Assembly (NCBI GenBank): GCA_973895155.1
Contig: OZ316891.1
Span: 585,558 to 649,557, forward strand
Source of the DNA: Marsupella aquatica
Taxonomy: Eukaryota; Plantae; Marchantiophyta
Length of the DNA stretch: 64,000 bases
Direction: 5' to 3'
The translations under genes were made by a program, and so were the position numbers. Every line of letters starts with the position of its first letter. Position 1 is the stretch's first letter. Below, in pieces: positions 24,328-37,730 of this stretch. Below the pieces are notes generated by a model. It had not been told where the DNA came from. It made no database searches and worked only from the letters and a program-made list of their open reading frames with translations.

Positions 24328-25019
24328 TCTCGCAGAAGTTCTGTCAAGGTCCTCAGTTTTTAGAAGGGGAGTAGTAACGTTGTACACCCATCACTAGCTT
24401 GTTCTGCAGGTGAAGATTTGCTTTTGTGGCGTGTATGACACGAGTACTGTAGGTCTAATTGACATCATTGACAAATCCAGTTTTTTATCAAAGGATATTA
24501 CACGTATGTTATGAATAGAGTTGGGATGATGGATTAACGTCAACTGGCCAGTTTAGGTATCAATTTTGAATTTTTGAACTATCCGGAAGTTTTTATTTAT
24601 TTAGAGCTTCCATATTCAAGATTAATTTGATCGACGGTTTCATCACTTCCGTTCAAATAGTGTTTCCGTAATACTGTCCAGGGGATTTTTTTTCTAGGTG
24701 CGCGCCTATTTATGCCCATTGTAACGCACCCTTCAATTGGACTAAATGTTCCCAAGGTGGCAAATTGCAATTAAATTAGAGAGTTCTTAATAGAGGGTCT
24801 TTCGAGTCGTCTTGTGAACAATATCTCTCAAACAATATCTGCTTTCGGAGATGTTTGGCGAAGTTAGCACGAGCGGTTTTGTCAACTGTTCACGAACCTT
24901 TGTTCATGAGGCCAATCTGCCATATATATGTCGGCTAAGCATTTTTTATGGCTAAGCATGAAACGCTCTGCAATAGAAGCTTGACTAGATAAAATTGTAT
25001 TACAAAGAAAATTGACATT

Positions 25020-26390
25020 TGTTTGGGACTTGGTACTTCTTCACCATACCCTGAGTCCATTCATGGCGAGCACCAATGATTCGCATCACACATTAGGCTA
25101 GCAAAGGACACGTCAAGGTCCTCAGTTGTAAGTAGGGCTTGATAGTATCCGGGGTCTTTTGTGCGGTACAAGACAGCCCTGATCGAATTCATTTGGAAAC
25201 CTCATCTCTCTGAAGGAGATCCTCAGTGCATCGGTAAAACGAATACAGATTCCCTGGGTGGTACGATTAATATGCTTTGATTTGCGGGCGCAAAGCGTAA
25301 CTTTCGTTTCATGTTAACATCCAGTTAGAATCCTTTTCCTTTGATTCCTGTAAGATCAAATTCACCAGCTCTACCTTATCGAGGAGTGGGTTACTGAGAG
25401 CTGGATGAATACTAAGGGTCCAGTTGTCAGCTTAGCCATGAACGAGAAATAAACAATATTTGTGCAGGTCCTCGATCTACAACTCAGAATCTGTTATGTT
25501 TATAATTTCGAGTGGACTTTGAGTTGCACCATATGCGATTCCCATTCTTGAAGAGTACGGGATCTTTTCTTTGCAAGGAGCTAAAATGGCTAAGGTCGAT
25601 GGATAAAACTTTTGCCGATCGATAACAGTTTGACGAGCAATCTAGACAAAGGATATTCGCCTTGTAAGGGGCTGGAATGCTGAAGCCGGGCATAAGCTGA
25701 CAGGCAAATTAAAAAGAGATTTATTTCCGGACAATGCGCCAAAATACTCAAATTTCCAGAGCTCCCGAGCTTTTGACCTCATTTCCCGTTGAAGGTGGAG
25801 GAGAGGAAGGCATCGACAGCTCAATATATTTGTCTTGTTTCAGCAGGACTGAACACTGACTCCTTGATGCTGCTGGATTGATCGATTGTCGTCGTGATAT
25901 CAGAACCTGGACTTAGACAGCTCTTGCCACATCATTCGGCTTCTATCTATTGATATATCGATTTCTCTGACACCCAACAATTGGTTTAGGGAGAGGCAGC
26001 GAGAGCTTGTTTCAGCAGGACTGAGCACTGACCTCCTGGAAGCTGCGGGATGGATCGATTGTCGTGGGTGTAATCGTTGCCTAGCGGCCGGCATCTCTAT
26101 CTTCGAACCCAGTTGAGACAACTCTCTCCACATCAACCGGATTCCATCTACTTTGATATCGATTTCTTTTTTGCCCAGTAAATGGATTATGGATTTAGGA
26201 CTTAGGTAGGTATACTGCAACGGATAGATCTTGAGGGGCACACTGCTTCTTACGTTAGGTGGGGGTCGCGGGTGAAGGAGGAGGAAACGATGGGCGGCAA
26301 ACACGAGACTTGTTTCTCGTTGAAGGTGGAGCTAGAGGAGATGGAGGCAGGCAGCGACCTTGTCTTGTTTCAGTAGGGCTAAACCCCTTG
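25020..26390 (-). pseudogene. Decayed coding-like sequence with internal tandem duplications, possibly F-box-like
   Basis: Direct repeats 25834-25984 / 26005-26185 and 25788-25850 / 26319-26380. Minus-strand peptides LLGKKEIDIKVDGIRLMWRELS, LLGVREIDISIDRSRMMWQELS and RCLPLLHLQREMRSKARELWK loosely resemble F-box helices. Many stop codons. Confidence 0.3.
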
Positions 26391-28190
26391 AATGAGTGCG
26401 TTTCGCTTCATTGCACGAACTTAGTGAGCTTCCGAAGATCACTCCAACAGACGAGACATGCAAATCACCGCGAGAGAGGACGAGAGAGTTTAACTCCCTC
26501 ACACACGGCGGCCCTTCTCTAGCCAGGCCGGTCTGCGGCCAGCCAGCGAGTCGGGAGCATTAATTGAGGATGGAAGCTCCCACAGTGGGCCGTTCCTCTC
26601 ACAGATCCACAATTCAGATCGAGCTCTCCGCTCCTCTCACGCAAAGAAGTCTAAACAAGGTGGGCTTGGGGAATCCAAACGCCATCTACCCTAGCTTAGC
26701 TCTTACTGTAAGCTCATGAGGTCGATCGTGCGGAGCGTCCCCGTGCAGAGCGGGCCTATGGCCATTCATAATGACTGGAGGGCAACCTTCATAAAAGCCC
26801 AAGTTTATCAACTCCTCGCATTACTCCTCGCTGGTGTCAAGTGATGTCATTGACATGCATCACTTAGGCTGTGTGTCTATGTTCTTGAATTGGTCATAAG
26901 AGTTGAATCTCCTATTGATCTATGTACAGTACCTGCAAAATAGGTGACTGTCCTGCAAGGTGTGTGCAATTTGGCCTTGTGACTGAGTGGATTACGGAAT
27001 CGAAGGAGGGCTGGGTTCCATCTTAGTTTGGATTCAAGGAAAATTCTACTGTAGCCAAGGGAGGAGAGGGAATCTGCCATGATTGTCATCTGATCTGAGG
27101 CAATCTACAGTTACGCGTCGGAAACAATAGCATGTGAAGAAGCTCGCTTATTGGCGGCAGGTAGACGGCCAAAACAAAATCAGTTTGGAAAGTTTAAATT
27201 CGATGATGTTATCTTCTCTCAATGCTGTCAGAGCAGGTGCTCAAGCACATTGTTCGAAGGTGAGTTCTCTTATAGGCCAACAACCTTCAGATCTCTCCAT
27301 GCTGAGGTATAGTGATGTCATCCGTCACTGGAGTCGGCTTTTTCCCACAGGCCGGGGCATAGGATTCCATCTTCGAAGCCGAAGCAACTTCTTTGTACCA
27401 AGCTACCGTTGAGAGCAGGAGAATCTTTCATAGCACATGAAGGTTAATTTATTGTTTATGTACAGTATCTGAATACAGTAACTAACTGTCACGAGGGCTG
27501 TCTAAATTCTGAAGCAGATACATAATTTATGGGGAGACGGCAAGACGTATCGGTGACAAATGACAACACAAACCGTCCCTCAAGCTAAGCGCACAGGCGT
27601 CAGCACAAGCTACGGCAGTGACAAATTGTCAACGGAGTCCCCACCATAAACTTCTCTTCAGTTTTAGAAATTTTAATTTTATTTTTGTAACAACGAGGTA
27701 CTTTCTTCCACCGGACTGTTTTGCTAACGAAGCTTCGCATACACCATAGCAGAGGGCGAAAACTAACAATTTTACATGAACTACTCGCCGTACTCCTTGC
27801 GGCTGGAGCTCTAGCTGGAGGCCCTTGATCGAGCTGCTACAACTGTACAGGACTACCAAGCCGAATAGTGCTATCTGTAATTGCCCAGCAAGTGTTACTG
27901 ACAATCATTAGCTGCAGGTTAGTCTTGGCAAGGCAGACTTATAGAGTGTATTTGTTGTTAACCTTCACATTCCTCACATTGATATTGTGATGAATAATAT
28001 TTTATCAAAATATCACAGATTACACAAGTGAAGATGTGTAAGGGATCGACTTCACATTTCTGTCAAGTAAGTGCTCCGGCATTAGTGCCGGGTAGTTTAT
28101 CAAACTGGAACGCTGATCCTGATCCGGGTTCAGAGTCCAGGGGGCGTGGCATTGGGCATTTGTTACCATCCCCTAGCTGGACAGGGTGCT

Positions 28191-28612
28191 TTCGTGCATG
28201 TGTTCTCTCATCTGATGTGTAACTTGACATGCTCAAGGGATAGCTGCATTGATGGGTTAGCTCCGCCCGCTGTCACATAGTAGGGCGTGCGAGCTTCCGG
28301 GGGACCCGGCAATCTACCCTCCACAGGATTCTTATTGCCCGTGCATTCTTCGTGACTGTGTTAGTGTGTTCTCTCGCTCATCTGATGTGTAACTTGACAT
28401 GCTCCATAGGTTGCTGCATTGATGGGTTAGTTCCGCCCGCGGTATAGTCACAGACAGCAATCTACCTATATTATTGTCCTGGTTTCGTGCGTGTGTTGTC
28501 TCATCTCATGTGTAACTTGACATGCTCCAGAGATTGCATTGATGGGTTAGCCATCCCCGCCGGCGGTCACATAGTGCGAGCTCCCGGGGAACCCGGCAAT
28601 CTACCCTATTAT
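28191..28612. repeat. Three tandem diverged ~130-160-bp units with conserved cores
   Basis: Units start at ~28191, 28349 and 28484. Core tcatct(g/c)atgtgtaacttgacatgctc at 28208, 28378 and 28501, then tgcattgatgggttag, gtcaca and gcaatctacc in each copy. Confidence 0.92.
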
Positions 28613-29693
28613 GGCTCAGACATGCACTCTTTCTCCCCGCGGACAGCCGGACAGATAGATGGACGATAACATGGTTTCGATCACTACGCTCGGGGACTTG
28701 AATGTCTATGGGAATTTCAGCAATCCTTCGGATCATATAACAGCTTGGGGGGCAATGATATGTACTAGTTATTGATGGCCTTGTAAAGGTTCTCCTCTCT
28801 TAATTAAACATAGATTAAAGAAAGTTGCAGCATGCAGACCACAAAAGCGGTTGATTCACAGGTCAAATTCCTTTTCTGCGAGACGTAGTTGGTATTCTTC
28901 GAAGAAATCGAAGCCTCAGATTCGACTATTCAAGTTGGGTTGCAAATGAACATTCCTTAATTGCTCAATGACACCAAGCTCCAACTGACTGAATCAGATA
29001 TGAACTAATCACCTATATGTGGGACATATATACCATCTTCATGATTGTGAATGATGAACCCTACAATGCCACTCACATTGCTAAGATATACTACGAGACA
29101 ATTACATTGCTCAATGCTGGTATTAGAGCTCGTTCAAATCCCTGCATCAATCATGAGTTTTAGGTACAGTGTTGACAAAATTGCACGCCATTGCACTTAC
29201 AGGAGAATGTAGCGAGTCTAATTTATTGATGTGCACTTACTTTTAAACATATATATCGAAGTTCGTCACAGTAAAGTGTGCCGAGCAGAATCGGTAAATA
29301 ATGAGTACAATTACATCGAATTTCATGAAAGTGCATGACTCCTCTCATGACTTCGACGCTCTATCTGGATACAAGTGGTACCCACGTTGACTATTTCCCT
29401 ATGAAAGCCTCTCTAAGTTGGAGAGGCCTGTTAGTGCAGGGTTGTAAGTCTGTAGCCTCCATCGCTGAATGCGCAGCCCCGGGATCGATCAAATTCTCGT
29501 TCTCGGACCTAGATTGCTCTCGAGCCTACGTGATTAGAAGCCAACAGTTGTTGAAATCAACAGCGAAGCTTAATTCTAGCTAGGAGGACTATGGCAAATA
29601 ATTAACTAAAATCTAATATCTAGATCATGTCTACCGAACATTGATCAATCCGGCCACTAACCGTTTCGACCTATGCTCCAAGCTCTTCGTTAG

Positions 29694-32600
29694 TTAAGCT
29701 TGTGGGTTAAATAATCCTGCATGCACACCCATGGAAACGTCCACCCCATTGTACGTGGTCGGAGCATATATCCAGAGCTCATCTGAGCTGAGAAGCTGCA
29801 AAGAATGACAAAATTATGTGATTAGAAACTGTGCAAGGATTGAAAAGGACCCACATAATTATATGATTGCAATTTTCAAATTTACTTGCAATGGAGGTTT
29901 TCAGACTTCTGGACTTTTCGAGTGTACCGCTATGACACTGATCCAGAGAATCTATTCGCTAACCCTTATGTGGAATGCATGTCCTATGAGCAGATCCTGG
30001 AGAGATCATTTACAAGTCATCCGAAACGAGCGAGACGGGGAGCGAGACTTGATTGACGACGCCGTGCAACATGTTTTACTCACCCTAACCTGGAGCTGCA
30101 GAAATTTGACATAGTTGATAGCCTCCTCTAGCATGGTGACAATATCGACCTGCCGACATTGCATGCAAAGAAGGTAACCTGGCTTAGTGTAATGCTCTCA
30201 GCAAAAAGCAATCGAACGAACATTGGACGGTACTCAAAATACATCTCGTGCAATACAACTCATGTTAAGCGAACAAGGTCGTCAAGACTGTACTACGGAG
30301 CCAGAAAGTATCGCTGGTCAGTGCACCGGCCAGATCAAGAACGTTCTGAGGAATGCTAGAATACATGATCGACATTAATTAAGTGGTTTTGGATTTATCA
30401 ATTATCTACTAACTTTAGACATGAAAAGTACCAGGGGTTTAACCACGTCTGTTGGACACGGTCCTTGTACCCAAATCTAGAGTAAAATGTTAGTGCTTCA
30501 AAGGAGGGGTATGGTATGCCGGCGATATAACTTGTAACCTTGACTTAATAATCTGGAGAGGAGAGACTTGTGCTATTAGTGTGTCATTCGTGACTACTAA
30601 TTAATCTGGAGTTCAATTGCTTTCAATTAAAATTCAACAGCCCAACTGAGGATGGTCGAGAATTGAACATACTTTGGCTCCATTTGGAACAAGATGCTGC
30701 AGAACCTTTAAGCGGTCGTTGATTCGCTCTCTACGATGCTGCAAGAATTCAATCAATTCAAAATTACTGGAACTTTCCTGTAGGCTGCATACTTAGTACA
30801 TGAATGTTTTTAAATCGGGGGTTGGATGACCAAGAAAATTCAGTGATTCAAAACGACCAACAATGGCAGTCATAGACAGAGAGTCTTGAAGACTCAATCA
30901 TTCTTACTCGTGCATAGACGCTCTGAGGATCAGTGGCTGACCCACGGCGAGCTCGAGGTCGACCATTAGTGTTGAGAGCTGGCCCAACTGCGGTGTTCAT
31001 GTCGACGCTTCCAGAATTGCTCAAGCCGCTTCCACCGATCAGAAAGTTGCTGGGGAGCCTTCCAAAGAGTGCCTGGGATTGTAATTGCCATAAGTTTCGC
31101 TGATGGTCCTGCGATCAAACGTTGCCGCCGCTTAATATATTGAAAGGACAATGATTGAAGTCTTCAGGTGCGGTTGAAGTTAATGAAATAACAAAATTTA
31201 ACAAAGAGATAATGCAGATAGATACCGCCGAGCCTACCAGAAATTGAAATTCGGCAAGTGCTTACGAATAGCACCGCAGATGCAATCACTCGTTCAGTTC
31301 TATTCACGTTTCCTAGCTAGCCAGATTGCAATGAAGAGAATGAGAGCGAGCTAGCTGTAGGCCTAGGAAATTGTATACATACAGATGGCAAGTTTGCAAG
31401 TTGCAACTGAGCAATATTTTGCTCCCAGAGGCAACGTACAATGCAAGACCGTTTGACAGAATCCTCAGCACTGACACCATTCTCTTCCACTTCCTCATTC
31501 TCTCTAGAGAGCGGCCTCTTTCTTTGTAACCCTAGCTCTGTGGACTCAAGATCTGAAACTGATGACGGTCTGTAATGCAATGGTGCATGGGTATGATCCG
31601 TAGCTGCAGCTCCTGCAGCTGCGTTGAAATTATGAATGGCCGACATGGCTGTGCCCGCACTCGAGGGCGATGTGTCATCTTTCCTTGCCGCTGCATTTGC
31701 GGCAGTGTTCAGTGAGTCCGGAGTACTGCTATCGAACATTGTCTGGTCCACTACTTCTTGAATGCTGGTAAAGGCTTCTCCATGGGAAGGCGGAGTGCAG
31801 AAACTGGGGCTTACAGGAAACTGTGTCCAATTCGAGTGATCTCCATAATTTCCAGCTGCAGCGCTAGCCCCGGCCAGTTGATGATGGTCATGATCGACCG
31901 CGCCACTGTGTGCAGATGTTTCCATATTTTTACTGAAGAGTCCATGCAGCTCAGCATACATCTGGTCGGAGGTGAGATCCGTGGCTGAATTATGAAACAA
32001 AGCATCATTACCTTCACATCCTCTCCTGCTGCTCTGGTGCTGCTGATGATGCAAGACAATGCTGTCACAGCTTGTGTTGGGGTGCTGATCCCCCTGCTGA
32101 CCCGAAGAGCACCCTCCACCGATGACACACTCGGATGGCTGCAGGGACGACGATATAACGGCAGAAGCACTGCCAGTGCTTGCCCAATAGCTGCTGCTGT
32201 CGAATTGCACCCCGAGGTGCTGATCCATGGCTCTTCCGTATGTATTCACTCCAGATGAAGGGGAGCTTGAGGACGACCTGGAACTCAACCCGGCGGTGGC
32301 TTTCACATGGTGCATCATTTTCTTGTTAGCATTTACATCGAGCTTGTGTGCAGCCTCCATGTTGTGGTCTAAAGTTCCAGGACGGTCGAGAAATTGAGCG
32401 GATTGCCCAACAGAGGTTGGGCCCCCAGAATCGGTCCCAGTCTGAACATTTGACCTGCACGTTTGTATAACATCATATAATTGATGTGGGGCATCTGACT
32501 CCGCAGCTGCTGCGACCGCTGGAGGGCTGGCCACAGGATGGTAATCGGACGAAGTGGAGGCACAAATATTCATCCGCGCGAATTCCTCTTGGTAAATTGC

Positions 32601-32900
32601 TGTGGTGCCCGACCCCCCTTGTCCCCCGTGCTGATGCTGTTGGTGCAGACCTACAGTTTGGTATCCAGACATCAACCAAGAAGACAATAGGTCATGCTGA
32701 TACGAAGTCCCATTCTTCGTACTAGTAACACCCACTTGCTGCTGTACCTGCTCAGTGAGTGTTGGCGACGTTTGTGCCCAACCTTCCCACATCGACTCGC
32801 TTGTAGAGGTTGGCATTACTAGAGACGTTGACACTGCGGTCTCCAGTGAAGTAGTTGAGGTCGTTGACCTCGGGAGACAGAAATCATAAATTTCCGCCAT
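29694..32900 (-). CDS. RSL2: Class II ROOT HAIR DEFECTIVE SIX-LIKE (RSL) bHLH transcription factor (subfamily VIIIc2), 5 exons
   Basis: Exons 32900-31440, 31108-30908, 30738-30673, 30149-30084, 29795-29694. The spliced protein contains [82 protein letters not shown], the class II RSL bHLH plus RSL domain. Long low-complexity N-terminus. Confidence 0.93.
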
Positions 32901-34650
32901 GATTCTCAGTCTAGATGAACTCCGAGAATGATATGCAGGTCAATACGGACTCAGCAAGCTGCTGACAAATCAGGCACGGCACGAAATTTCTCTAGACTTG
33001 GAGGAGGCGCGTCTGAATTCTTAGCACCTTCATCAATCTGTATGCTTCATCCACAGTGTGAAGTCCTATGATATGCAGGAGCGTGCACAATTCCCTTGAC
33101 CTGAGAGGAAACACGGCAGGGCACGGTGGATTAAATCCTGAGCTAATCTGTGAAGTCGAGAAGGCAAAGATTGACCTAGCTGTGGATGATCGAATTGTCA
33201 AGGCCTTTCAACAATAACTTAATATAGAGCCTGCAGAGTTATCCTGGGACGGACCTACAGTTAATTAATCAGTCACAGAATTTCATGTGACGTCTCTATA
33301 AGTATTTGTCTTGCTCATCGTCCCTACTTGTCATGGTCACTGCAGTTTAACATGACCACATGATAATACTCATACTAATGGAAAGAAGCTAAATTTTTGC
33401 ATGTCCATCATACTGAACTATGTATCCCTATTGAGTTGGAGCTGATCAAGGGAGACCTTGATGTGAAAACAACCTGTCCCAAATTCGGCTCACATGCTAA
33501 TCCGAGGGAAGTGTAAGTTTGTTTCAATTGGTGTGCTTGTTTCAAAACTTCCCCTTCAGCGTTGTTAGTATAGATTGGAAACGGTCGCGAGTGGCGACCT
33601 ACCTCTTGATTTACTGTATTTGTATGCATGGCACAGTGCAGCTAAGCTATAGGTTGTTAGGAGTAGCCAGCCACTGGAGCCACCTGGATCCGTCCATGCT
33701 GTCTCTCCTTCGTTGGATGTCGATGAAGCAGGTCCGGAGCTGAGGTCAGTCTTGGATTCGAATCGCTCTCCAATCGCCAAATTCATGATAAGCTTTTCCT
33801 TGTTAGGTCCGCAGAACTTCGAGAACCTTACTCCAGCACCTAGTCATTTCACGCGAAGCTTGAAGGCGGCCTCTAATGATGTTCTAAGCTCGGTCGGATT
33901 TCAGTTCTGTAACAGAGATCGATCTTCATGGAGATCTGTTCCAATTGACTGTCAACAATTGAAAACAGAAATCATCCCGACCGACGATAATTCAGTACTG
34001 AGCTCAAATTGCCGGCATCACTCAATTTATCTCGTCTTCCACCGCCCCTAGCCTTTCGAGACGGGCCATCAAACAACCTCACAACCTCACGGCCACCACA
34101 GCCAGAAAGCTCTAAGTCAGACCGAGGATTATGATGATCATGATCGAACTTCTTCAGAAACGCCTCACTGAGCGAGGCTTTGGAATACTATGCTGCAACA
34201 CGGAGTCTAAGCCAAATGCCAGCCATGTTTCATTCTTTCCTGTCCGAGTTTGCGTGTCTTGCAACTCCAGGCTTCCGAGCACTGACTGGCTGCGACGAAG
34301 CGAACTGACATTATCGAGGCCGTCTCTATTCAGAGGTTTATGGAGGGGAGCGAGGAGAGACAGTGGCGAGATGGTTCCCGAAGATGAGAATGAGAATAGA
34401 CCCTCGCTAGGGGACCGGCTCTTGGACTTGAAGGAAGGACTCTCCTGCGTTAAGGGCCGGCGTACGGAAGGCTCTGCACGTCCCAGGCCAGCCTTGGTAT
34501 TAATGAGGGACCGTAGCCCTTTCGGACTCGTCATCACGTCGCAAGCAAGCAAGGACGCGCACCCCATCATCAATTCGATCATCATACATCAATCATCACT
34601 CTACCGTACTTCCCGCTGTCTATGTACGTACTTTTGTACAGTATATACGG
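32901..34650 (-). promoter_or_regulatory. Probable long, intron-containing 5' leader and core promoter of the RSL gene
   Basis: Minus-strand TATATA at ~34642-34647, a CT-rich tract at ~34340-34445, a candidate donor gag|gtaggt at ~33602 and an acceptor ctctgcag at ~33231. The TSS is inferred only. Confidence 0.35.
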
Positions 34651-34882
34651 TAGTTTCTGCACCGCCTTTCTCGCAGGAATACAATATGTGTATACCTACG
34701 CTGTTTGGTGTATGCAGCCCTGCCGGTAAATCTTGTTGCTGCTGAGGGTTTTCACTAAAGGCTTTTTCAATGTATGGTACCTTCACCCCGGGAAGTAGAA
34801 GGGACAATCCCTTAGTTCGTAGTGCTAGGCAGTTCGTTAGCTGCATACACGTACTACCCTGAGTGCTTGTTATGTGCACTTA

Positions 34883-35030
34883 AATCACACCTGCCCTTAC
34901 AAAAAGCCCCATTTCCAAGCCTCACTACTCACCTTTTGTGGAGCACTTGCCAATAAAAGGTTTTGCATTCATCAACTTTTGTGGATGCTCAAAGCCCAAT
35001 GTAAGAGAAAAAACATAAAGTAATCTTGGA
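34883..35030. mobile_element. Partial MITE, same family as 46838-47044
   Basis: ta|aatcacacctgccctt...ctcactactcacc..ttttgtggag...aaaaggttttgca...ttttgtgga.gctcaaa.ccca is the reverse complement of the right part of the 46.8-47.0 kb element. Confidence 0.65.
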
Positions 35031-37462
35031 CTAGCTCTATAAACTCTACCCCCTTTCTGTTGACTACTCAGACTATTTAGAGTGCAAGCAATATAGACGA
35101 TCCTAGTGTGCCACAGATTGAACAGAACCACAGTCATTTGTCAACTGAGTTGTAACACATCAGGCCAGTCATGCCAGTCATGATGAGCTTACCCAAAGAA
35201 GATCTAGGTAGACAGTAGAGATCCTCACTGTTTGCACAACATGTCTGGGTAAAACACTGTCTAAGAAATGGATATGAGTACTACAAAAAAAAGGTGTGCC
35301 CTTGATCGCTTTTGGTTGAAGAGATACTACTCTGTTCGCTAATGGATTTTTCATACCATTTGGGAGCTCCATAATGCACTTTGGGGCGAAAATCTGAATA
35401 AGTGTTTAGGGTTTAGGCTCAGCCTATTCAACAATTTGTGGCAAAGTGTATTGCAGTATGAAACATTCTAGGTGTGGCAAATTTTGGACAGTGGGTTGCA
35501 TCTTACAGCATACAATAAGCCAGCTTTATGATCAGTGCAACTTGGGTTGGTTTAGCTCTTCAAATGATGATATTCAAGTCAAATTACAGTCACATCTATA
35601 AATGGTCATCCAATTCTGGAGCATAGTCCAACAACTTCTATCTGCTGATAGATTGTTTTCTGCCACAAAATTTGAGTTTGTCAGGTGTTTGCCTTGCAAG
35701 CTTCTGTCTCAGGGCTATGATGCCCTTTATCTCCTTTTTAATTAGTCAGTAATCTCATTCCTGGGCGTGTCTGAGTCTAGTTAGTTATCGCCTGGGGGTC
35801 TGGTTTGTCTATCAGTTGCTTACTCCGTGTTGAAGTTCAGTTTCAACCAGGCTCTGTAGTTCCCTCAGAAAGTAAACTATTCCATTTAAGAAAAAAAAAT
35901 GCTTATTGTGATGGTCATCGCCAGCTTGCCACCACGTCCATCACTGCTACAACTGTACATGCCTCGCCACTTATGGGTAACTTGGCCTGAGCCAAGTTTT
36001 GCTAGCTGACTGTAGATCGAGGGCAATGAACCCCAGTTGCCACGTATTTTCAAGGTTCTATGGGGCAGTTCCGATAATAGCAACTTCCCCAAATTAGGAA
36101 GGCAATGGCTCTCGCACCAATTAAAACTAATATGCATAAAAGTCTCCTACAGCACGTTTGCATCTATGAGCAACTGGCTGGGGGATGAAGCTCATTATTT
36201 GTTGAAGACATAAATGGATTGCCAGATAATAGAAACGGTGCAGACAAATAAATGACGAACTGAATCGACCTTCTTGAATGTGTACTTCTCACGACACTAC
36301 CCAGGTCTGCCATTATTGATCAGAGCAACCTTTGCTTGTGTAATACAGGAACTTACTCAGCAGATGGCCTTGCAAAAAATAAAATAACTATGCTTTTGGA
36401 AAACACTAGAATATTGGGCTTGTGCTTCAGCAGCAGTCCATGATCTTAATCATACCAAAATATTCAATTGAATGATAAGAATGTCACTTTATCGTATTGG
36501 AAAGTGATTAGGAGGGGAATCTTTCCTTACTTACTAGAGCTATCACTGTAGTGAGTACCGGACATAATTTTTAAAAATTGCAGGGATTGTATTAGTACAG
36601 TGTCTGAAGGTACTCTATTTTTCTGTTACCTTTTTCTTTCATTTACTTTTCAACTTGGTTTTAAAGTTTGTCTTGAGCCCAAACTGTTTTATAAGAGAGA
36701 GAAATGAGGCTCGAAAACCAAACCCTATTGCACATCAGGTTCAAGTAACCTTACAGCCAAGCGCCAGCAAGGACTCAAGTTTTGAACCCTAACTCTTGAT
36801 GAGATTCAGCTACAACTACATGCAGCAGCAAGCGAGGCTGGATTTCATTCATTCATATTCAATATCTAACACTATAATAGGCAATCCCACCCATTTGGCC
36901 ACTTTCGTCAGTCGTCCGTTACGAATTTGAATATCAGCGGGAATGAAACTAAACTGTCAGATTAAAGCATCTCTTTTGTTGTATCCATCCGATCGTGAAA
37001 CAAGACATGCATCAGATTTTGCTCCCTTTCGTGCACTCCCGTGCACTCATTATGCCCCTCCATCCCCACCCGCAGCAAGGACCTCCGCATAGGGCTTCGC
37101 GACCCACGTTTACATTCCATGCACTTTCTCCCTATGGGACCGGCCCTCCTTGTACAGTGCAATGCACTGGCATAGGGCTCGTGGTGAATAAATCGTTAAG
37201 AGTGATTTTATTGGACATGGAAAGAGCAAACTTTATTGAGAGAATTTGGAAGCTCCAACCTTGCCAAACAGTATTATGTCAAAATAATGATTATATTTGA
37301 AGCTTTGATTACTACAAAGAGAAAAACTCCATTTTAGTACCCACACTATCAAAATTTGTAATTTACAATTTGAGTAACTCTGTTAATACAAATAATTGTC
37401 TCAACTGAACTGGATATAACTATTGTACTGGATATCACACATACCAGGTCACCAAAAACTAA

Positions 37463-37730
37463 CCTGTCTAAGGGGATGAGCCTACTCTCGGTTCAATCCC
37501 CCCTCCAGCCTTAAGGGGTGTGGAGGGTGTGTGAGTGGGGTGTAGTGATGGGAGTCTTGGCTCCTACTCAGCCCATGGTTGGCCCATTTTGGGGCCCTGG
37601 TTCAACCCTCTCTCCCTCTTGGTTTGGGTCCATGTCAGATCCCTGGATATTGTCCCCCATTGTAGGCTACCGTAAAACAACGAGCCCTACAATGGTGCAT
37701 ACTCCATAGGAGAATGTCTATCCTATGTTG
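37463..37730. mobile_element. Putative DNA-transposon end sharing its terminus with the 60.9 kb element
   Basis: The 15-mer cctgtctaaggggat occurs at 37463 and 60934, each at an abrupt sequence boundary. Confidence 0.35.

Noticed and set aside
28030-28330. Possible TPP riboswitch or C/D snoRNA assignment for the repeat region
   Set aside because: No CUGAGA/ACCUGA TPP core and no clean RUGAUGA...CUGA pair. Left as an unclassified structured repeat.
34131-34745. Overlapping 204-aa (+) and 143-aa (-) ORFs
   Set aside because: No domain features. They coincide with the GC-richer putative promoter/leader of the RSL gene.
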